Assembly (NCBI GenBank): GCA_051382305.1
Contig: JBBCAV010000268.1
Span: forward strand, 1-11,628
DNA: 11,628 bases
Direction: 5' to 3'
DNA from: Bdellovibrionota bacterium FG-2
Lineage (GTDB): Bacteria; Bdellovibrionota; UBA1018
The translations under genes were made by a program, and so were the position numbers. The notes under the pieces were generated by a model that was given only the letters and a program-made list of their open reading frames with translations, was not told where the DNA came from and did not search any database. This document shows, piece after piece, positions 1 to 7,263 of this stretch (position 1 is its first letter; each line of letters starts with the position of its first letter).

Positions 1-390
1 GCAATATGCAATATAATGACAAGTGGTCTCAGCTCGGCAACGCGCGAGAAAATTCGGCAAGCCGTCGTCATTCAAGGAGTGAACTTTGTCGGCTTCTGCG
101 CAGGCGCTTGGATGGCCGTTGGCCCGCGTGTCCCCGCCGGAGGAACTCCGTACTGGGGGTTATCGATCGTACAGGCAAGCTATCTTAAACAATATTATCC
201 AAACGGGCAAAACCCAGTGGCAGCGATGATCTGGACGACCTTCGCCGATGGAAGTTCCCGAGACCTTGTATGGTGGGGCGGACCCTATTTGCCGAGCACC
301 ACTGGGAGCGTCATCGCAAAATACCCGGATGGATCCGCGGCAATGATGGAAAGCGTAGCAGGAAACGGCTTTGTGGTACTCAGCGGCCTA
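1..390 (+). pseudogene. BPL_N-like / class I glutamine amidotransferase-like protein, 5'-partial at the window edge and apparently 3'-truncated
   Basis: Frame 1 is open from nt 1. It shows a nucleophile-elbow motif VGFCAGA (GFCAGA at 91-108), then WWGGPY, IAKYPDG and GNGFVVLSG, which follows the BPL_N/GATase1-like pattern. The HPE motif expected right after VLSG is absent in all three frames. After nt 390 the ORF (to 732) reads through an AT-rich spacer and antisense into the next gene. Confidence 0.6.
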
Positions 391-435
391 AAGTGCTTAT
401 TAACTCAAACAGCAACAACATTTTGTTATAACAAA

Positions 436-1332
436 CTAAAGAGGCTTCTTCACTCCAAAGTTTTCAAAACAATCAACACCATCACAAGAAGGCCAAATCA
501 AAGGCTGCCCACGGCGTGCGTGACCATAACCTTTGTAAGTTTTCTGAGTGATGGCAAGTGCATCGCCCAAATCGGATTCAATGCGCTCATTAATCCATGC
601 GGGATCAAGGCCCTTGCTTTCAAATGCTTCGCGGGCGACTTTACTGCCGCTGCCGTAGATGTGAATGACCGCACTTCCTTGAACGCGGTTAACGACGTTG
701 TCGAAAATCTCCATCGAAGTTGGAAAAGTTAGTCTCACACACCCTTTTGATGCGGCCCTACCGAGCTCGTTGTAATGAGGGGTGGAGTGAATAAAAAACG
801 GGCCGTGAATATTAAGCGCCCAAAACATGGGCGAGTTTTCATATTTAGCAGATTTGTGAAACGGAAAAGGTCTAAATGATTTATCTTTCCCCCGACGTTT
901 CTCAATTTTCAAAGGGAAGGTCCCCTCAATGGTCGTCTTGGGCGCTCTTGCAGTTGAGACGACATAGACATTGGAAATTTGACCGTCAATTGTCACGATA
1001 ACAAATTCCTTTTTGACCCCTAGGTTTTTCGGGCTCTTGAAAACTTCGACAACCATTCGGTAAGACGCAGGGCCGGTGAGCGTCTTTTCAGCTTCGGGTA
1101 AAGTGCGAAGCGCAGGATTTTCTTCTTTTGCAGACGACAAGGTATCGCTGTGATACTTGGCGATTCCCTTAATTTGGTCGTCCAGCATTTCCGCTAAGAT
1201 CTCGGTAGGGCTCATCTCATCGCTTACCGAATTGCCACTTAGCGCACTCTCCTGCGCATGAACCGAAGCTGCGTGGGTCGCGGCAGTCGTAAATAAACAC
1301 ACAGAAATAAAACGAATCAGAGCGGAATTCAT
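436..1332 (-). CDS. Secreted L,D-transpeptidase (YkuD catalytic domain)
   Basis: Catalytic motif FIHSTPHYNELGRAASKGCVRL (His...Cys), with upstream YVVSTAR...TIEGTF and SAKYENSPMFWAL segments typical of YkuD domains. N-terminal signal peptide MNSALIRFISVCLFTTAATHAASVHA. ATG at 1332 has a GGGAGG ribosome-binding site 8 nt upstream, so it is preferred over the 1383 ORF start. Confidence 0.88.
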   Translation of the reverse strand: MNSALIRFISVCLFTTAATHAASVHAQESALSGNSVSDEMSPTEILAEMLDDQIKGIAKYHSDTLSSAKEENPALRTLPEAEKTLTGPASYRMVVEVFKSPKNLGVKKEFVIVTIDGQISNVYVVSTARAPKTTIEGTFPLKIEKRRGKDKSFRPFPFHKSAKYENSPMFWALNIHGPFFIHSTPHYNELGRAASKGCVRLTFPTSMEIFDNVVNRVQGSAVIHIYGSGSKVAREAFESKGLDPAWINERIESDLGDALAITQKTYKGYGHARRGQPLIWPSCDGVDCFENFGVKKPL

Positions 1333-1409
1333 TGAAAAAGCCTCCCAAAATATGACTACCCAATCCTTAACGCAGTAAGTCATAACTCAAGAATGGCACC
1401 GTGTCCAGA

Positions 1410-1439
1410 AAAAAGAGCAGAGGCACTCAGCTGAGTGCC
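1410..1439 (-). terminator. Putative intrinsic terminator (or operator) downstream of the hydrolase gene
   Basis: Perfect 18-bp palindrome GGCACTCAGCTGAGTGCC (1422-1439) lies 7 nt after the hydrolase stop. On the minus strand it is followed by TCTGCTCTTTTTT, so the U-tract is displaced from the stem. Confidence 0.45.
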
Positions 1440-1446
1440 AGGACGA

Positions 1447-2508
1447 CTATACAATCGTTCCGCAACTCATCGACGTCCACTTGCCTGGACGAGAAACAGA
1501 GGTCTTCCCCTTAAGAGCATCAGACAAGACACGAGTAAGGATCCTTGGCTTTTCAAGATGAGGTGAATGCCCACAGCCATGCAGCAAAACTCCGTAAGAG
1601 CCAAAACCCTCGCTTCGTTCTAATTGCTCAAGCCACGCCCCAAGCGCAGCACTGGGTACCACTTCGTCTTTTTCACCCCAAATCACGACGACAGGGCAAC
1701 GCAGAGATTCGAGCTTCTCATCGAGCAAATGTTCATCCCGAACGGATTCCCCAAGTTTTTTGATCTCAGGGGTCCCCAAACACCGATCTAAGTCACCCAA
1801 TAAAAACCTAAGCCATCGGGGTTGGCGCCTGAACATTTTCCGCCGAAAGGCAACACTCTTAGATTCCTCGCCGCTGGAATCATCGTAGTCTTGAGAGTCA
1901 TGGTGTTCTTGCGGCAATAACCAGCGCCGTGAAGCATTACGAAACACGCCTCCCGGATCCACCACCACAAGCCGCTGAGGACCGTCGTAGGAACGATTCT
2001 TCTTTCTTCCTCCTTGCCCCCAAAACACGGCGTAACGGGCCGCAACCCATCCCCCAAGCCCATGTCCGACGAGAGTGTGAGGCTTGAGGGTATCGAAAAC
2101 ATCAAAGGTATTCTCAAACAAAAGATCAAGAGAATGAAAGGCTCGCTCTTTGGCCAAAAATCCAGAGAATCCGGGGTAATCTACCACCACAAGTTCATCG
2201 TATTTTCCGCGCAAAAATGTCTTGAGAAACATCAAAACCGGAAACCACGAAAGCGGGGAATCCCCGAGGGTCGGAACCCACACAATCCGCTTTACGTTTT
2301 GATGTGCGTCCGGTGAGGGGTGTGCTCTGGTCTCGGATTTTGAATGCAATGATTTACGCCATAGTCCAATTTGCAAATCTCCCGTTCGCCTCGTTTCCCA
2401 CCGGAACCCCGCCTTCAGCATCCGCGATTTAGCCAAAGCATGCAAAGCACGAACGGGCAACGTTTTAGGATGGGAAAGCGCCGGAAAGCGAATAGCCATG
2501 AGCGGCAT
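1447..2508 (-). CDS. Alpha/beta hydrolase-fold protein with a degenerate nucleophile (GHGLGG)
   Basis: Ordered fold motifs: LGDSPLSW, VVVDYPGFSG, TLVGHGLGGWVA, RLVVVDPGG, PVVVIWGEKDEVVP (acid) and GCGHSPHLE (His). Start could be 2508 or 2499. Confidence 0.87.
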   Translation of the reverse strand: MPLMAIRFPALSHPKTLPVRALHALAKSRMLKAGFRWETRRTGDLQIGLWRKSLHSKSETRAHPSPDAHQNVKRIVWVPTLGDSPLSWFPVLMFLKTFLRGKYDELVVVDYPGFSGFLAKERAFHSLDLLFENTFDVFDTLKPHTLVGHGLGGWVAARYAVFWGQGGRKKNRSYDGPQRLVVVDPGGVFRNASRRWLLPQEHHDSQDYDDSSGEESKSVAFRRKMFRRQPRWLRFLLGDLDRCLGTPEIKKLGESVRDEHLLDEKLESLRCPVVVIWGEKDEVVPSAALGAWLEQLERSEGFGSYGVLLHGCGHSPHLEKPRILTRVLSDALKGKTSVSRPGKWTSMSCGTIV

Positions 2509-2571
2509 CCTACCCGAGTTCGTTTCTATTTGGCAAGAAGCTTGGAAACCCGAAGCTCTTGTGAAAAACTG

Positions 2572-3609
2572 ATGAACAAAGTGCTAAAACTTAAATTAGA
2601 ATCCCTTATTGCTGCTCGCCTTGACACCCTAATACTGGAATCTTTACGCAGACATGCCGCCCTTTTTCCCAGGCGAATACTCAAACAATGGTTCAAAGAA
2701 AAACGCATCAAAGAGGTCGCCACGGGGAAACGGCTCGATCCCTCGTTTGAAGTAGCCCCTCCCTGCTACTCAGTGTTCATCGAGGGTGTCTCGGAAAGGG
2801 ACCTGCAAGAGCTGACACAAGCCCGACCCGCATCACGGTGTTTTTTACCCATCTTATTTGAAGATGAAGACCTTCTTATTCTGAATAAAACGAGCGGAAC
2901 GCCAAGTCTTCCGCTCTCAGGAACCGAAACAGAAACGGCCGTAAACGCGGCCCTCGCACATGCGCCTCATCTCATGAAGCTGACCAGCCTTAGTCCTCAC
3001 CACGGCCCCTGCCCTCCGCTTGAGCCAGGCCTTCTCCACCGCCTTGATACCGGAACGAGTGGCGTACTAGCCTTTGCAAAAACCTCGGAAGAATTTGAGA
3101 GACTTCGAGATCTCTGGACGAGCGGCGTGCAAAAAATTTATCGTGCAATTGTTTGCCCGAAAACAAGGGTTCCACTTCCCCAGAGGATTGACCTCTCGCT
3201 TGCCCACTCACGCCACTCTTCGAAACGAATGATCGCATTTGAATCCGAGGAAATCCGCGCAAGCGAAATTCGCGGCAAACCACTTCCGGCGCTTACTTTA
3301 ATACGCGCAAAAACAGCACTCTTGGAGACCCCACTTCTTGACCTCACTCTTGAAATCAAAACGGGGGTCTTCCATCAGATCCGCTGCCACTTAAGTGCTA
3401 TAGGCTCGCCGATCCTAGGAGACCCCATCTACGGAGGAAATCCAGCACCCTACATTTCCACGCGTCTTTCAACGCGTCTTTCAACGCGTCTTTCAACGCG
3501 TCCTGCGACGCGCCTGTGGCTTCATGCGTGGAAACTTTCGCTCCCACGTGCAAATGGCGAGGCACCTCTTTTAATCGAGGCGCCTCTACCCGAAGGCTGG
3601 CCTAACTAA
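2572..3609 (+). CDS. RluA/RluC/RluD-family rRNA pseudouridine synthase
   Basis: Motifs ILFEDEDLLILNKTSG, catalytic HRLDTGTSG, KIYRAIV, TGVFHQIRCHL, PILGDPIYG and LWLHAWKL, plus an S4-like N-terminus (RLDTLI...RRILKQWFKEKRI). ATG at 2572 is chosen because the longer TTG start at 2371 would overlap the divergent hydrolase gene. Confidence 0.93.
   Translation: MNKVLKLKLESLIAARLDTLILESLRRHAALFPRRILKQWFKEKRIKEVATGKRLDPSFEVAPPCYSVFIEGVSERDLQELTQARPASRCFLPILFEDEDLLILNKTSGTPSLPLSGTETETAVNAALAHAPHLMKLTSLSPHHGPCPPLEPGLLHRLDTGTSGVLAFAKTSEEFERLRDLWTSGVQKIYRAIVCPKTRVPLPQRIDLSLAHSRHSSKRMIAFESEEIRASEIRGKPLPALTLIRAKTALLETPLLDLTLEIKTGVFHQIRCHLSAIGSPILGDPIYGGNPAPYISTRLSTRLSTRLSTRPATRLWLHAWKLSLPRANGEAPLLIEAPLPEGWPN
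3457..3516 (+). repeat. In-frame 12-bp tandem repeat, 5 units, encoding STRL-STRL-STRL-STRP-ATRL
   Basis: TCCACGCGTCTT TCAACGCGTCTT TCAACGCGTCTT TCAACGCGTCCT GCGACGCGCCTG. Confidence 0.95.
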
Positions 3610-3611
3610 CT

Positions 3612-6600
3612 TCAACTGCACCCCATGCTGTTGCCGCAGTTCAGACATTTGTAGCAAGCGCCGTTACGAACGGTAGTGTGACCACAGCTATCGCAAGGAG
3701 GCGCATCGCCCATCATCTCGGCCAAATGCCCTGACATCGAAGTTTCTGACGCCCCGGTTTCGCGAGCAACAAGCGCCTGAGAGACAGGAGCTTTAGGATA
3801 AACACGAGATGCTGCGCCTTTTTCAGCGGTCAAATCCACCGCTGGCTTGACTTGCACAAAATCGGTTCTCCCCAAATACTCCATCCCCAGGACGCGGAAA
3901 ATATAATCCACAATCGAGGTCGCCATCTTCACATTTGGATGTCCATCGACAATCCCTGAAGGCTCAAAGCGTGTGAAGGTGAACTTATCCACGAATTCCT
4001 TCAAGGGCACTCCATACTGCAGTCCCAAGCTTACGGAGATCGCAAAGCAGTTCATCATCGAGCGATAAGCAGCTCCTTCTTTGTGCATATCGATGAAGAC
4101 TTCGCCCAAGGTTCCATCTTCATACTCACCCGTACGAAGATAAACTTTGTGACCCGCGACGCCTGCTTCTTGTGTGAAGCCCTGACGTTTTGCAGGAAGT
4201 TTGTGCCTGACAGGGCTCCACACGGGACCCGTCATCGTGGCCTCAACCGAGGTCGTCGTCTTTTGAGTGTCTGCCTGAGAAGCAGCCTGAAGAGCAGAAG
4301 GCGACTTCTTATCCGTTACGCTTTCGGATTTCGAAGACAAAGGCTGCGAAGACTTACAGCCATCGCGATAAAGTGCGATGGCTTTTAATCCCAATTTCCA
4401 GCCTTGGGTGTAAATATCTTGGATTTCCTCAACAGTGGTTTCATTAGGAACATTCACGGTTTTGGAAATAGCACCGGATAGGAACGGCTGCGTTGCCGCC
4501 ATCATGCGAACATGCCCCATTGGCGCGATAAAGCGCTTTCCGGTCTTACCGCAACGATTGGCGCAATCAAAAACAGGCAAATGCTCAGCCTTCAATTGCG
4601 GAGCGCCTTCAATGGTCATCGTCCCACAAATGAATTCTCCTGCCGCTTCAATCTGCGAATCCGTCAAACCGGCCCAACGTAAGAAACTAAAGTTCGGCTT
4701 TTCCATCTCAGCAGCAGGAACGCCAATGCGTTTAAGCAGCTCGTCACCTAATGTGAATCGTGTGAACGCACTGGAAATCTCAAACGTTCCAGCCAGCGTC
4801 TTTTCGATTTTTGCAATATCGCTCTCCTCAAGACCTTTTGATCTTAAGAACTCACGATTGATATGAGGAGCGGCTTCGGAGCCCTCGCCGAAGCTCATCG
4901 ACCCCAAGATGTGGGTGAGGATTGCTCTGACTTGAGAGTCGTCATAGCCCAGGTTCTTCAAAGCCAGAGGGACAGATTGATTGACGATCTTAAAGTAACC
5001 GCCACCGGCGAGTTTCTTGAACTTCACCAAAGCAAAATCAGGTTCAATCCCTGTGGTATCGCAATCCATGAGAAGCCCGATGGTTCCCGTGGGCGCAAGC
5101 ACGCTGACTTGCGCGTTTCTGAAACCATGTTTTTCACCCATGGAAAGAGCACGATCCCAATCCTCACGAGCGGCACTCACGAGTTCTTTTGGAACCTTCG
5201 TCTCATCAATCTTGTAGGCGAATTCACGGTGCATGCGAATCACGTTCAGCATCGATTCACGATTCTGAGGATAACCCGCAAACGGACCCATGACCGCAGC
5301 TTCTTCAGCACTCACGGCGTAAGCATGTCCCGTCATGATCGCAGTCAAGGCTCCGGCCCAAGCACGACCTTCATCGCTATCGTAAGGAATGCCCTTGAGC
5401 ATGAGCATCGTTCCCAGGTTGGCGTAGCCCAAGCCCAGCGGACGATAATCATGGGAGTTCTTTGCGATACGCTCCGTAGGATAACTGGAGGCATCGACTA
5501 GGATCTCTTGCGCGATGACAAATGTTCGAGCGGCATTACGATAGGCTTCAATATCAAAGGAGCCATCGCGACGCATGAACTTCACAAGGTTCAAAGAAGA
5601 CAGGTTGCAAGCCGAATCATCAAGGAACATGTACTCGGAGCAAGGATTTGAAGCATTGATCCGATCCGTTCCCGAACACGTATGCCATTTATTAATGGTG
5701 GTATCGTATTGAACGCCTGGATCAGCACAACTCCACGCGGCTTCGGCAACCATCTTCCACAAAACGCGCGCTTCGTAGGTATCAATAATTTCGCCGGAGG
5801 TGCGTTTACGAGTATTCCACTTGCTGCCGATCTCCACGGCTTGCATGAATTCGTCGTTGACGCGAATCGAGTTGTTCGAATTTTGCCCGCCGATGGATTT
5901 ATAAGCCTCACCATTGAAGTCAGAGCTATAACCAGCAGCAATCAGCGCCTTTGCCTTGCGCTCTTCCCTGCTCTTCCAGGTGATAAAATCCACGATCTCG
6001 GGGTGGTCCATATCGAGGCAGACCATCTTCGCAGCCCGTCTGGTGGTGCCGCCGGATTTAGTGGCGCCGGCTCCTTTATCAAACACATCCAAGAAGCTCA
6101 TGAGGCCAGAGGAGGTTCCGCCGCCCGAGAGTTTCTCTTGTTGCCCACGGATTTTTGAGAAATTCGTTCCCGTGCCCGAGCCGTATTTAAAGAGACGGGC
6201 TTCGTTTTTCACGAGTTGGAAAATCGACATCAAATCATCATCGACCGCTTGAATGAAGCAAGCCGAGCACTGTGGCTTCACATAAGCATCTTTCATTTCA
6301 ACAATTCGCATTGAAACGGAGTCCCAGGCGTAGTTCCCGCCTGAACCTGTGATGCCGTACTCCTGCGAAAGGCCCAAATTGAACCAGACGGGAGAATTAA
6401 AAGCGCCCATCTGATGAATCAGAAGATAGGCCAGCTCTTCTTCGTACATCGCAGAAGCATCAGCGCTGAAATACCCCATCTGCAAGCCCGCCGAGGCGAT
6501 GGTATGAGAGAGGCGATGAATCACCTGGCGAATGGACGTTTCGTGTCCCGTGCCTGCGACGCCTGCTTTTCGAAAATATTTGGAGACTAGGATGTCCACG

Positions 6601-6938
6601 GCGAGCTGGCTCCAGCCGGCGGGAACTTCGACGTCTTTCATTTCAAAGACCGTTCGGCCATCGGTATCTTTAATCTTGGAGGTTGAATAAACATACGACA
6701 CCGCATCCAAGGGCTTCATCCCGTTGGAGTTGAGTTCGCGGGTGAAGAAGCGCGACATTGAAAGCTGGGAACTCCGTCGCGCTTGACCGGCGATAAGCTC
6801 GCGGGCTGAGTCGAGAGTCAGCTGCGGGGTTTCTTTTTTTGAAGAACCCTTTTTCTTGGTCTTCTTCAATAATGGGTTAAAACCCAAATCAACATTGCCT
6901 TCCATTTTCTCAGTCACCTTGTCAGTCATCTGTTCCAT
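3612..6938 (-). CDS. nrdJ: Class II (adenosylcobalamin-dependent) ribonucleotide reductase with fused C-terminal TSCPD-like domain and Zn ribbon
   Basis: Motifs FNSPVWFN, QCSACFI, GSGTGTNFS, SGGTTRRAAKM, NPCSEYMFLDDSACNL (radical Cys), LGLGYANLG, APTGTIGLLMDCDTTGIEP, GAISKTVN and YRDGCKSSQPL, with terminal CDSCGH...CYKCLNCGNSMGCS. ATG at 6938 has GGGGGAG 8 nt upstream and is preferred over TTG at 7025. Confidence 0.97.
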   Translation of the reverse strand: MEQMTDKVTEKMEGNVDLGFNPLLKKTKKKGSSKKETPQLTLDSARELIAGQARRSSQLSMSRFFTRELNSNGMKPLDAVSYVYSTSKIKDTDGRTVFEMKDVEVPAGWSQLAVDILVSKYFRKAGVAGTGHETSIRQVIHRLSHTIASAGLQMGYFSADASAMYEEELAYLLIHQMGAFNSPVWFNLGLSQEYGITGSGGNYAWDSVSMRIVEMKDAYVKPQCSACFIQAVDDDLMSIFQLVKNEARLFKYGSGTGTNFSKIRGQQEKLSGGGTSSGLMSFLDVFDKGAGATKSGGTTRRAAKMVCLDMDHPEIVDFITWKSREERKAKALIAAGYSSDFNGEAYKSIGGQNSNNSIRVNDEFMQAVEIGSKWNTRKRTSGEIIDTYEARVLWKMVAEAAWSCADPGVQYDTTINKWHTCSGTDRINASNPCSEYMFLDDSACNLSSLNLVKFMRRDGSFDIEAYRNAARTFVIAQEILVDASSYPTERIAKNSHDYRPLGLGYANLGTMLMLKGIPYDSDEGRAWAGALTAIMTGHAYAVSAEEAAVMGPFAGYPQNRESMLNVIRMHREFAYKIDETKVPKELVSAAREDWDRALSMGEKHGFRNAQVSVLAPTGTIGLLMDCDTTGIEPDFALVKFKKLAGGGYFKIVNQSVPLALKNLGYDDSQVRAILTHILGSMSFGEGSEAAPHINREFLRSKGLEESDIAKIEKTLAGTFEISSAFTRFTLGDELLKRIGVPAAEMEKPNFSFLRWAGLTDSQIEAAGEFICGTMTIEGAPQLKAEHLPVFDCANRCGKTGKRFIAPMGHVRMMAATQPFLSGAISKTVNVPNETTVEEIQDIYTQGWKLGLKAIALYRDGCKSSQPLSSKSESVTDKKSPSALQAASQADTQKTTTSVEATMTGPVWSPVRHKLPAKRQGFTQEAGVAGHKVYLRTGEYEDGTLGEVFIDMHKEGAAYRSMMNCFAISVSLGLQYGVPLKEFVDKFTFTRFEPSGIVDGHPNVKMATSIVDYIFRVLGMEYLGRTDFVQVKPAVDLTAEKGAASRVYPKAPVSQALVARETGASETSMSGHLAEMMGDAPPCDSCGHTTVRNGACYKCLNCGNSMGCS

Positions 6939-7121
6939 GATTCCACTCCCCCACGTTTGTTTCCCAAAAAACTCTTCCCAAGTTGAATTTCTGGGACTGT
7001 ATTTCGCTTCATACTGCCGCGGCAAGTCCTCTTGCTGCGCTCAGGTCCGGAAGACCCTTAAAAACATCGTCCCGGTAAATTCAAGGTTGCTACAAACACC
7101 CGTCCGCCGTCAAAAAAGGAA

Positions 7122-7168
7122 CTACAATTAGTTGTGGTGCATTTCGTACGCACCCCTAGGGATAGCCA
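7122..7168. promoter_or_regulatory. Tandem NrdR-box-like operator sites upstream of nrdJ
   Basis: CTACAATTAGTTGTGG (7122-7137) and CCCCTAGGGATAGCCA (7153-7168) both keep the CwA-N4-TwG core of the NrdR consensus acaCwAtATaTwGtgt. They are 31 bp apart, the typical tandem spacing. A minus-strand TTGACG (-35-like) sits at 7108-7113. Confidence 0.65.
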
Positions 7169-7235
7169 TGTATGCTCGCGTTAGGTGGCCGTGGTACTTA
7201 GACTTTTGGGCAAAATCTGGCAGGGATAACTCCCA

Positions 7236-7263
7236 AAAAGACCCGCAGCAAAAAAGATGCTGC
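7236..7263 (-). terminator. Possible terminator hairpin between the beta-barrel gene and nrdJ
   Basis: Stem GCAGCA-N7-TGCTGC at 7245-7263, followed on the minus strand by GGGTCTTTTT. Confidence 0.3.

Noticed and set aside
385-435. Integron attC-like site (TAACAAA after a stop codon, GTTA and TTTAGGC downstream on the minus strand)
   Set aside because: Only ~20 nt lie between the candidate core sites, too short for an attC. There is no L-box pairing, no second copy and no integrase.
391-732. 3' part of the 238-aa ORF 16..732
   Set aside because: It is mostly antisense to the L,D-transpeptidase and has no family motifs, so I treat it as read-through after truncation.
2371-2571. N-terminal extension of the pseudouridine synthase ORF from TTG 2371
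   Set aside because: It overlaps the divergent hydrolase gene, and family similarity starts after ATG 2572.
3457-3516. CRISPR array
   Set aside because: The 12-bp units are contiguous with no spacers and lie in frame within a CDS. There are no cas genes.
4083-6252. Several plus-strand ORFs of 66-212 aa
   Set aside because: These are antisense shadows of nrdJ.
3612-6938. Intein or intron in nrdJ
   Set aside because: The ORF is continuous, RNR motifs are normally spaced, and there are no intein splice-junction or LAGLIDADG motifs.
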